Shown here one piece after another: positions 53,480-64,000 of a stretch of 64,000 bases of DNA. The position numbers and the translations under genes are program-made. A model generated the notes under the pieces. The model was not told where the DNA came from and did no database searches. It was given only the letters and a program-made list of their open reading frames with translations. Source of the DNA: Selaginella moellendorffii (taxonomy: Eukaryota; Plantae; Lycopodiophyta); assembly GCF_000143415.4 (NCBI RefSeq), contig NW_003314428.1, positions 1 through 64,000 on the forward strand, given 5' to 3'. Every line of letters starts with the position of its first letter. Within the stretch, counting starts at the first letter, position 1.

Positions 53480-56152
53480 GTTACCAACGTGAGCTACGTG
53501 CTGAAGCATATGGTGGCCTCTCAGATTTCGTGAAAAACAGAGCCGAACAGCAAGGGGTACGTGCTGGAAAACTAATAATACTTCCATCCTCATTCACTGG
53601 AGGCCCACGACAGATGAATCAGAAATACCAGGATGCCATGAGCCTTGTAAGGAAGTATGGAAAACCTGATTTGTTCATAACATTCACCTGCAATCCTAAA
53701 TGGAAAGAGATCATTAAAAACCTTCTACCTGGACAAACAACTGCAGACAGACCTGACTTGGTTGCACATGTGTTCCATATCAAGAAACAAGAACTCATAG
53801 ATGACATTTACAAACGAGAAATATTTGGCCAGGTCAATGCTTATGTCTATGTGATTGAATTCAAGAAAAGAGGACTGCCACACTGTCATATTTTGTGATC
53901 CTTGGTAAAGATAATAAAATCAGAACTATCAACGACATAGACAATATAGTTACCGCCGAAATACCAGATGCCAGACTAGACCCAGAATTATATGAATTGG
54001 TTAAAAAGCACATGATACATGGCCCTTGTGGGCCTGAATTTGCAGACAGCCCATGCACGAAGGATGGTGAATGTAAGTCATGTTACCCAAGAGATTACTG
54101 TGAAGAAACACAGAATGTCGGTGGTCAGTTTCCAGAGTATAGAAGGTGCCAAGGACATACAGTCCTAATAAAGAACAAACCCATTGACAACAGATTTGTT
54201 GTGCCATACAACAAGTACCTCTTACGTAAATACAGAGCACACATAAATGTCGAGGTGTGTTCCACTGTAAAAAGTGTCAAATTGAAATACATATACAAGG
54301 GACATGATTGTGTGGAGGTACGCCTTTGAAGGGATGAGAACTCAACACCTGAACAAGTACTAGACTGGGACAAAATAGAGCCTTTCAGAAATTGCTGCTA
54401 TGTCTCCACATCAGAAGGAATATGGAGGATCTATGGATATGACTTACATGGGAGATCACATTCTATTGAGAGACTGGACATCCACCTGGAAAACCTTCAA
54501 AATATTTATTTCAATGATGGTGAGGAAGAGATTGCATTACAAAGAGGCCGTAAAACCAAACTGACAAAATGGTTTGAACTAAACAAGATTGATGAATTTA
54601 CAAGGACACTCTTGTACCATGAGATTCCTGAGTGGTATACATGGAATTCAAGAAACAGAATGTGGACACCACGCCAACGTGCATTCAAGGTGGTCGGTAG
54701 AATGTTAGCACAACACTAACCATAAATTTTTGAAATGAATATGCCAAAAAATTTAAACTTTGAAGATTACTCTAATATTTGTTCCTATCACCGCATGACT
54801 CTGAACGTTTCTACCTACGTATGATCTTGCTCTACAAAAAAGGTGCTACAAGTTTTAGTGATTTAAAGGTATTAAACGGTGTTGCATATGACACATACTG
54901 TTCTACCGCACAAGAAATGGGACTTCTACAGGATGATTGTGAGTGGGAGAAATGTTTAGAAGAGTCGTTGACATTTCAGATGCCTGCAAAAGTAAGGTAT
55001 CTATTCAGTGTCATGTGTTTATTTTGCGAGCTCATTGATCCCAAAAAACTATGGGATAAATTCAAGGAAGGCATGTGTGAAGACTTGGTCCAAAATCACA
55101 ACAACTATGAAGCAGCAATGCAACATGGATTGCATGAAATGTCAATATTACTCCAGGAACATGGCAAGAAACTGTCTGACTATGAGTTACCAGATTCAGA
55201 GTTTATAGGAGATAACGAAACAACAACTGAAATAAGCTGTGTGCCATGCACACCTGACGAAGTTGAATTACTAAAAACCAAATTGAACATGGAATAGCTT
55301 CACATATTTAACAACGTCTTAAATGCAATACAAAACAAAAAAGAAACAAGCAGATTATTCTTTGTTGATGGTATGGGAGGCACAGGGAAATCATACCTTT
55401 TTAACACGTTGATAAACTATGTCACTGCTTATGGCATGAAAGTCTTAGCAGTCATGTGGACAGGAATAGCGAGTACTCTTCTTGTAGGAGGCCGAACGGC
55501 TCATTGAACATTTAAGCTTCCAGTAATCACAGAAACATGCACCTCGGACCTATGAGAGAATTTAGCACCTGCCAAGGTCATAAGAAGAGCTGACCTGCTC
55601 ATATGGGACGAAATAAGCATGGTACCTGTTCACGCTTTTAAAGCTGTTGAGAGGGTCTTGCGTGACATAAAAAACTGTGATACAGAATTCGGTGGCATCA
55701 CATTAGTAACAGGAGGAGATTTCAGACAGACATTATCTGTTCTAAAAAGAGCCTGTTGCACACAAATTATCCAAAACAGTGTGAAATCCTCACTAATATG
55801 GTGGAAACTTGTAAAGTTCTCATTACATACAAACATGAGAGTGAACTCTGAAGAAAAGGAATGGTCTAGATGCCTTGTGAAGCTCAGAAATGGTAACCTA
55901 CCTAGCCTCCAAGGATTCAACCAAGAAGTTATAAAATTACCTCTAACATTGACATCCAGAGAACAAATGATAGATAATGTGTTTGGAAAGCATATACAAC
56001 CAAATGACCCAAACCTTATTTTCACGACTTTAAATGATCTCTCTCTACAAATGAACGACCAAGTTCTTTCGAGAATGACCGGCGGAACAATAACATACAG
56101 AAGCATTGATATTGTAGAAACAGATTTGGAAGAAGAAATGTTGGACTATCCT
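53480..56152 (+). pseudogene. Helitron RepHel (HUH Rep + PIF1 helicase), disabled
   Basis: Rep motifs PDLFITFTCNPKW, YVIEFKKRGLPHCHIL and KYIYKGHD. Helicase motifs FVDGMGGTGKS, LIWDEISM and FGGITLVTGGDFRQTL. Has stops and frameshifts, and the C-terminus is missing. Confidence 0.97.
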
Positions 56153-56609
56153 ATCAGAGATCTTGACTACAGTTCCTGTTCTCAGGATCCCAAATCTTGA
56201 TAAACCCTTCGAAGTGCATTGTGATGCGTCTGGATATGCTATTGGTGCCGTGTTACAGCAAGATTGTGACAAAGTGGTTGGAGATCAAGATGGAGATCTC
56301 GTAGTCATATATACCGGAGATGTCCAATGTTCATAATGTATTTCATGCCAATCTATTGGCTCCTTACACTATGGATGTTGCATGTCAAGGGGAGATTCGT
56401 CCGCCACCAGACGTTGTGGATGGTGAACCAAAATACGAAGTGGAAACTATCTTGGATTTCCGGTTTCGGAGACGAGCCCGTGTGAATGAATAGTTAAGTG
56501 GAAAGGTTACCCAACTTGTGAATCAACTTGGGAACCTCTTAGGAATCTTACACATGCTCATGAGCTTGTCACGGAGTATGAAAATCATCATAAAGATTTG
56601 CTTTTGTAA
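56153..56609 (+). mobile_element. Ty3/gypsy chromovirus pol remnant (RNase H start fused to integrase C-terminus + chromodomain)
   Basis: LTTVPVLRIPNLDKPFEVHCDASGYAIGAVLQQD is followed by VHNVFHANLL, RPPPDVVDGEPKYEVETILD and KWKGYPTCESTWEP. Confidence 0.92.
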
Positions 56610-57196
56610 ATCTTGTAATAAATCTTGCAAATTAATAAAGTAATATATTTCTATAAATCAAACTGTCATCTCTCTCGTTCATTAGAATTTGGGTCAGTTT
56701 TGGCAGGCTGACTTCAACACTTTGGTGCATGGGTCCAATCCATAACCATGGGGATAACTATTATAGACTGATCACAAGTCCTTGCCTCTCTCTCAATGAC
56801 TCAGTTTTGCAAAAGGGGCGTGGTCGTGTAAACAACTTAATCTGCCAGTTTATAATAGTTGTCTAAATCTTCCTAACGGGGTTGATTTCTTGCTCGGGGG
56901 AAGTTGGGCCTTTGGCCTTCTCCCTATGTCCTTATGGGTAGGGATGTATCATTCCTTTGTAAGCCGAGTGGTACTCGGAGCAGCAAGGGTGGTTAACTTC
57001 GTTAGTCATTTCCTTGTCGGTGACGGCCAGAGGGTGTCTAAGTCTTAACGTCTTTGGACGTAGACGAGAGGTTGTTCCATAACTCATTTAAGTTGGTGTG
57101 TTTCCCACATAGTGTGCTTTCCATTAACTTTCAGAGTTGTTTCCTTGACGGTTTGCTAGACTCGGGTATGCATCGACGAGGACATCAATCTTCCCC

Positions 57197-57211
57197 AAGG
57201 GGGGGAGAGTG
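57197..57211 (+). promoter_or_regulatory. Polypurine tract followed by TG start of a 3' LTR (57210)
   Basis: GAGGACATC..AAGGGGGGGAGAG|TGT lies downstream of the chromodomain. Confidence 0.75.
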
Positions 57212-59639
57212 TCGCTAATGTGACTTTGGGTATCAAAAGATACTTGTCGGCCAGTCCTTACAGACACTCTTTCCTTACCGCCATGACGGCAGGAGATCGG
57301 TACAGTTGGATCCCTTTAGTAGCCCCTCTTGTGCTAGTGGAGTTAACTAGGCATTTTGAGTGTACTTAGACTGGATGAGCATAAGGACAGAATTCCTACG
57401 TGTGGGGGGTTCCAAATGTATAGTAGGGATAGTGGTTGGAATGCATGTTTGACCACATGAGACATTAGTTTGGCTCCCGTTGGGCTGTGTCGCACCTTGT
57501 TCTATGTTCGGCTTGGGTCTAAGCCCAAACTCCATGCTGCTCTAGTCAGTGGAGTACCCTCCTCTTCGCGTTAGGCCACTAGTATGCCAAAATTGTGCTA
57601 GACTCTGTTTCACACCATTTTGCATCCAGGTGCTGGATACAAGGAGCTGGTGCTCATGGGATTGTACAAGACCCTCATTTTGTAGCACAACGGGCTTGGA
57701 GTTTGGCTCCAAATTCAGGTGCGCTACAATACCATACCATTAGCAATCAAGGAGTATGTCATTTAAAGCTGTTAATGCTGCTCTATTGGATAAAACTTTT
57801 GGTGCTATGGGGTGTGATTGTGCTGGTCTTGCACCCATCCTTGGTGTGTTGCTGTCTCCAACTTTTGTGGGACGCAATTACAAACCTTCTCATATTTTTA
57901 GTATTTCTTCCTCATCTGCAGTGTTTTATTCTTTTGGCATATCAATGATTTGTGACTTTTATGATTCTCATTCCCAATCCAGTGTTGAGTTGAGTGTTTT
58001 TTGTCCTCTTCATACTAATATGGATGTTGAGTGTGTTCATGAAGTTGAGAATTTTTCTTTTGTTTCATTAGCAGAGTCTTTGATCAACTCTGGTGTTGAG
58101 TATTCCCATATTTCAAGGGTTGAGTCACTTTAGCCAGAGTTTCATGTTGAATGCATATCTGTACTTGTGAGTGTTGCTGAGAACTTTTGCTTTATTGTTT
58201 CTACTAAGAAGTTTATGTATTCCCTTGAGAGTGTGGACATTATTATTGATTTTCCTGTCTCAAGTGTTGAGTTGTGTGTTAAGAAGTTGAACGGTATGAA
58301 TCTTTTGCTTATATTGTGGTGGCTGAAGTATTTTTCCAAGCTTTGAGTATGTGTCTTTCTTTTGATTTCCCCATTTTTGCATTGTTAACTATTGCAAATT
58401 CCTCTTCTAATACTTCTTTATCCAGTTTTTCTTCTTCCACAATTATTTTTCCTGAATTTTTCTTATTTTCTACTTTTTCCCCCGACACTTCAAACTTTTT
58501 TCTTTAGAGCAGGGGGTAGAGAGGACGGATGGAAGTCCAGCCCCAACAATGGAGTGAGGATGAGTGAATATGGTAGTGGAGTGAAGAAGAACAACATAGA
58601 TTGTGGAGTGAGGACGAGTATAGTGAGTCTGAACAGCACATCTAGCCCTGATGTAGTGAGGCCAAACGGATGCAATAGTGAAGTGAGGCTGAACATAGAT
58701 AGCGGAGTGAGGACGAGTGCAAAAAGTCTGAACTAGGCTAGTGCTTCAAAACATTTTTTCCTTCAAGGAAGGGATAAGGAGGATGAACGGAGGGATTTTG
58801 ACTTCCTATATATGGTGCTAGACGAGGATGATAGTTCTACTTATGGTCCTAAGTCCGAGTTAATGGTGATCTTAGAGGATTGTGTAAGCCACAAATTTTT
58901 CCTTTCCAATTTGCCAACTTATCTCGTCTATCCGTCCAACACTGCCTTGGCTTTTGCTAAGTTCCTTTGCCAAGGTTCTCGCCTATGGTACCAGCTCCTA
59001 CTTAGTCCTACTTGGTTTCAGCTACTCACTGCACGAGCAACGGAGTGTTAGCCATCCATCCACGGATTCCCACATCACTCCCAATCCCCCTCCCCAGGTT
59101 AGACTGAACTTAAGGTTCGGCTACACTCCCCGCAAGCACAAGCAGCCAAGCACACCAAGCTTCCAGGTTCCTAACATCCCTTGGTACCACAAGACTTGAT
59201 CATAGGACCCTCTAAATCCCAAGTCTTGAGTGCAACACTTGCTTCGGGATGCCGGGGGGAAACACCGTGACCCCCCCACTTCCATCCCGAAGGAAGGCCC
59301 AAGCCCCTAAGAAGGGCGAGGACCAATGAGCCGCATGGTACTCAAGTGGGGCACCACTCCACATGAGCCGGGAGCACTGCAATTGGTTTCCCTTTCAGGA
59401 GTGGGAGCTGCTCTTGAGCACTTCCTTGGATGGCCCCTCCGGCACCAACCGAGTCCATGCTCACTCCCACCCAAGGCCCTTCGGTCCCAGTCTCAACCTC
59501 AAGTCAGTTTGGAAGCCCCACTAGAGAGTTCCTTCAAAACTGGTTCTTGGACCTCACTATCCCTACTATACTTTTGGAACCCCCTGCAGCCCCCCTGGGA
59601 GACACACGCTTTGGGCTTTCACCCCTTGACCCGTATTAG

Positions 59640-59915
59640 TACTCGGACTCAGTCTCTGGCTCGATCTCGGACTCGATCTCGGATCCGACTTCAGATTCGG
59701 TCTCGGACTTGATCTCGGACTCGATCTCGGACCCGATCTTGGACCCAACCTCGGACTCGACCTCGGTCTCGGTCTCGGACCCGATTTCGGATCTCGGACT
59801 CCATCTTGAACTCGGTCTCGAACTTGGTCTCGAAATCGGTCTCCAAGTCGGCCTCGGACTCGATTCCGGACTCTATCTCGAACTCGGTCTTAGAGTCGGT
59901 CTTGGACTCGATCTA
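59640..59915. repeat. CTCGGA/CTCGAT-type tandem array
   Basis: Degenerate 6/12-bp repeats. The leader sequence is shared with 61170-61245. Confidence 0.9.
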
Positions 59916-60299
59916 AGACTTTGTCTTATCCGATGAACTCTTTATCATTTTGGTCATGCTTTCGGGGATCCTTTAACCTACGACACCTCGGTGAGTTGGT
60001 TCTTTACAGATTGTCAATATACAGACTTAGAGATGGGATATATTGTTTGCTACAATGGTGTTCTATGGACTTATATAACTCTCAAAGTCCCTTATTTCAA
60101 TTCAAAGTTATGGTTGTGTAGTTGGTTTTAACATTTGGGAGTTGTATCTAGAGTTACAACTGAGTCACTAGGATTTTGTAATTGGCTGATGCTTATTGTT
60201 TCAGATTCTTGTGGTGATTTATAATCTCCCAGCAGGAGCTTCAGATGTGTAAGCGACTAAATTTTCCATTCTACTTTAGTCACTTAACCACACCTCTGA

Positions 60300-61333
60300 C
60301 CACTTGGAGGAGTCTCATTCACAACCTCCATGAGTCCAATCCAGGACTTGGGACTTGCTAGCCCCGAGAATGGCATCCATGCCACTCAACATTTGCACTT
60401 GGTCCAAGTGCTCCACGTGTCCGATCCCATGACCGACACTCAAAGGTACCACCGACATAGCAGCCCGTTACGCTAAGGCCATGCCCAATCACCTTTGCCA
60501 CACTGGTAGTCCAATACCACTTGCATCACCGTCTTGGCTCTCCAAGACTAGGCAAACCATCCATGAGTGGTCATCTCAGATCCACTCCTTAGCATCCTTA
60601 GGATGCCCACCGACAAGGGGAATAGCCTTCCCCAATATCCCTTTGTCAGTCCCCACTAAGTCCCTTTCTGCCCCTGGCCGTATTTGCCAACACTGCCACT
60701 GGATCGAGACCCACAAGCCCGACCACTAAGTCCTACGGTCCTTTGGGACTTCCTCACCACACGACTGTGTCCTTGGTCACTACCCCAGAGGACTGCTCCT
60801 CTTCCTTTCCACAGTCTGGGCCTTTGGGACAACATTTCGGAACACCATGGCCTTACGCGAGCCACCGGGGTACTCTCCTCGCCTTCTGCCCTTGGGTGCT
60901 CTAGCCATGGGCTTAGAGCGGGTTCCGTTGAGCCACACCAGGTATCCAAGTAGGTAGTGCCACCCACACTTGGACTGGGAGCATCGGCCAGTCGATCTCC
61001 CGGGGGAACTAGAGTCGGCTCTTGAACACTTCACCAAGCTACCCCGCTTGTCGGTCTGTGTTCACTCTAGTCTTGGACTTCCCAGTGGGCAGCTCATCAC
61101 CCAACACTGGGTCCGGCCTTCCTGGGCCAAACTGGCCTTTCCTGGCCAAACTGGCTCCACTGCAGTCCTCCCCCCTTACTATACTTTTGGAGCTCACCAA
61201 ATCCCCCAGGGTCTGGGAGACGAACGCTTTGGGCTTTCACCCTCTCAGACTCGAACTCGGACTCGGACTCGGACTCGGACTCGGACTCGGACTCGGACTC
61301 GGGCTCGGGCTCGGGCTCGCTCTCGGCCTCGGC

Positions 61334-61371
<38 letters not shown>

Positions 61372-64000
61372 TGGTCTCGGTCCCGGTCTCGGTCCCGGTT
61401 CCATCTCGGACTCCATCTTGGACTCCATCTCGGGTCCATCTCGGACTCCATCTCGGGTCCATCTCGGGTCCATCTCGGACTCCATATCGGACTCCACTTC
61501 GGGTCCATCTCGGACTCCATATCGGACTCCACTTCGGGTCCATCTTGGACTCCATATCGGACTCCACTTCGGGTCCATCTCGGACTCCATATCGGACTCC
61601 ATATCGGACTCCACTTCGGGTCCATCTCGAACTCCATATCGAACTCCATCTCGGACTCCACTTCAGACTCCATATCGGACTCCATATCGGACTCCACTTT
61701 GGGTCCATCTCGGACTCCACTTCAGGTCCATCTCGGACTCCAACTCGGGTCTGCCTCGGACTCCATCTCGGACACTTCTACGTGTCATGTGTTGGTCCTT
61801 TTTGGGTCCCCTTTTTGGAGCCTTGCGTATTGGTTGCCTCGTGCTTGCTCCTCGAGCACTTTGTTGGGAGTTCCACTCCCGCTCTCGACCTTCCAAGTCA
61901 GAGCTTTTAGTTCAAACGTGTTATGCTCGTTTGGCTTTCGCTTCGGCCACTACCACGTGGCACCCTTTCCGACTCCACTTTGGGGCCTAGGGATTTTGTG
62001 TCTCACAACTCCACCACCCATAGACGAAGTTCGATGTCCTCATCGAACAGTAAACCATTTTATAAAGTAACACCCGCATGTGTTACCATTTCCATCTTTG
62101 GCACCTAGCCAATATTTGTCAATGGTTTGACATTGAAGGCTCACCATGCCTTGCCCATCCTCTAAGGAGGGTAATCTCTCCAACTTAGAGACTAATTGGA
62201 CCACATGTAGTGGTTCTCTCCTTTTATTGGTTTAGTTCTTGCTAAACCTTTTAGAGACCCTTCTCTAAGTCAATCCCACTACTCCTTCTCGAGTAGTCTC
62301 AATTTCCATCTATTGAACGTTTGCACCTTGGAACTTTTATTCTTTCGACTTTTGGAAGTCAATTTCCTAGGTGTCTCCAACACCTTGCATTGCACAAATT
62401 GTGCAACTCCACTTCCCCATCCTAGGAAGTTCGTTACTTGAGGGCACCATCATCCTCTCTTCTATTTCGTGCCACCTTGGGCACCTAGTTCCATTTATCA
62501 TACTTTGTGCTAGGGCTGTCCATGGCCCTATCATTTGGCTACCTTACTGCTCCCTCCCTTGGAGCTTCTACTTTCGCCAAATCGGAGCAATTCGGAATCC
62601 ATCCTTGGAAACACACTTTCTTTCCCGCAATTTGTTAGCATCCAACACATTAATGTTCCTCACCTAACTTTGTCACTTGGATTCCTTCCAAGGGATTCGA
62701 CGGCCCTATCTTGGCCACTCATCTTTTGCTCCTATCCGTTGATTGTTGCACCAAGCAACATCAAATCTCTACCTCCCTCCTTGAGGTATTCTTTTGATTC
62801 CATAGCAAAGGCTCTGCTTTGCCAAGACTAGGGTGTTCACCCTTAGTAAGTCTCTTTAGCATCTTCTGCTGTGAGCTCTATCCACGGCCCAACTTCGTGA
62901 CCCTCCCATGGGTCTCTTATAGAGACTACTTTCCTTGGATTCACTATGCCATTGCACGGACATAGTTTATTTCCCTTAGGTGCTCTTCCCACTTGGTCAT
63001 CATGTCCAAGCCACACCACCTTAAACAGTTGAATTTCAACATTTTGAACCAGGAACTTCATTCCTTAGCCAACCAAGGACCTTGTCCTTATTTGGCCATA
63101 CGATCACCTAGTGATCTCACCTTGGCACCTTAACAGAGTTGCCAAGAGGTATTTGGTCTTTTAGACCTTCAAATTGTTGACTATAACCCCGGGGGCATCC
63201 CCCACACTTGGCGGTGCACCCAAGCCAACCCTTACGGCCAAGGGTTCATAGCAATTGAGATTAGGTGTCCCCATCTCACTCACCACGTCCTTGGTGCCAC
63301 TTGCACCAAAGCGTTCAAGTTAGATATGCCGAGCTTTCACACTAAGCAATCTAACCGTGCATCACGACTCTGAGGCATCCCTCACTTGGCGGTGTGCCCA
63401 AACCAGTCTCCCCACTGAGAGTCCATGACCACCGAAATATGAGTGTCCTCATATTCCAAACCATCACCACGCCCTAGTGATTTGGGACTCGAACCCAAGC
63501 ACTAGAAGGTCGGGACTCGAACCCAACCTCCGTATATGCATCTACGGACGGCATCACACAAGATGCCTGGCGTGACTCCCCACGCCGGTGCACCAACTTA
63601 TTTTTAAAGCGCGCTACAAATCACAGCTTAGGAACCTAGTTCCCCCACACTGCCAAGTCCTCTCACTTGACATATCTGTGATCATGCATGGGCTCCTCCA
63701 TGCTTGGCCCCATAGGCCACCCTTTTTGAAGTTAGCACCTTCAACTAGGGTATTTGTTCCCCCCAACTTGCCAATCTCACTTAGCAAGTCATCCGGCCAC
63801 CGTAACATGGTTCATGCATAAGCGTGGAAGTCCTTAACCATCAACTTTCGTTCAAAGCCCTCTCTTTGAACACTCGGGAACTACTTCCCTAACCTTGATA
63901 GCCTTGCCTCATGGCAAGCTTCAAGACCACGCTTCTGCTGCGCCACTCTGATTTCGCGCGTTCTATGAACCATTTACACTTGTCCTTTCTAGGTACTAAG
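60300..64000 (-). mobile_element. Degenerate LTR retroelement on minus strand (integrase-like relic, PPT, LTR starting at 62007)
   Basis: The minus strand reads GAGGACATCG..GGGTGGTGGAGT|TGTGAGAC at 62007, mirroring the 57.2-kb PPT context. LRWCGLDMMTKWEEHLREINY near 63000 is integrase-like. The left boundary is uncertain. Confidence 0.5.
61246..61772. repeat. Tandem array: hexamers, then a 35-bp higher-order repeat
   Basis: (CTCGGA)n and (CTCGGT)n are followed by TCGGGTCCATC-TCGGACTCCATA-TCGGACTCCACT units. Confidence 0.95.

Larger units (their letters stand above)
51226..56152 (+). mobile_element. Helitron H9, decayed autonomous type, truncated by a retroelement
   Basis: 5' end TCAAACTCTTTATTTAAAG lies directly after a CTAG. 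Carries SDR, GPI and RepHel. Confidence 0.85.

Noticed and set aside
61400-61772. CRISPR-like array
   Set aside because: There are no unique spacers; it is a eukaryotic tandem repeat.
60970-62070. Long overlapping low-complexity ORFs (RS/LG/ES-rich)
   Set aside because: They arise from the stop-free tandem array and are open in nearly all frames.

Overview
This is repeat-rich land-plant genomic DNA with short GT-AG introns. It is probably a lycophyte such as Selaginella (inference). It contains five N gaps, and no intact host gene could be supported. From 1 to ~56,150 it is an almost continuous pile-up of about nine Helitron (rolling-circle) elements, arranged head-to-tail and nested. They are defined by hairpin+CTAG 3' ends (5716, 14323, 42781 and 51225 on +; 30312 on -) and TC(A/T)TACTC..TATTTAAA-type 5' ends (10208, 42782 and 51226 on +; 30311 and 36518 on -). 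They carry decayed RPA70-like OB-fold genes, a decayed RepHel (53.5-56.2 kb) and many captured intron-containing host gene fragments: malic enzyme, laccase, Serinc, FGAM synthase, BIG ARF-GEF, GPI, DUF2358, AP5Z1, Kelch protein (3 copies), LAF3 amidohydrolase, kinase, CYP88/KAO, HAD and Tic32-like SDR. A Harbinger transposase relic lies at 22-23 kb. Ty3/gypsy chromovirus remnants with repeat-laden LTR-like DNA fill 56.2-64 kb. The main observations are: (i) the Helitrons appear to target each other's 5' ends, and a (TCA)n stack at 36,519-36,552 looks like a record of serial nested insertions; (ii) a complete 4,116-bp nested Helitron has its empty site visible elsewhere in the window; (iii) an RPA70 cassette is permuted. 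Protein identities come from motif recognition only, and cargo coordinates are approximate.
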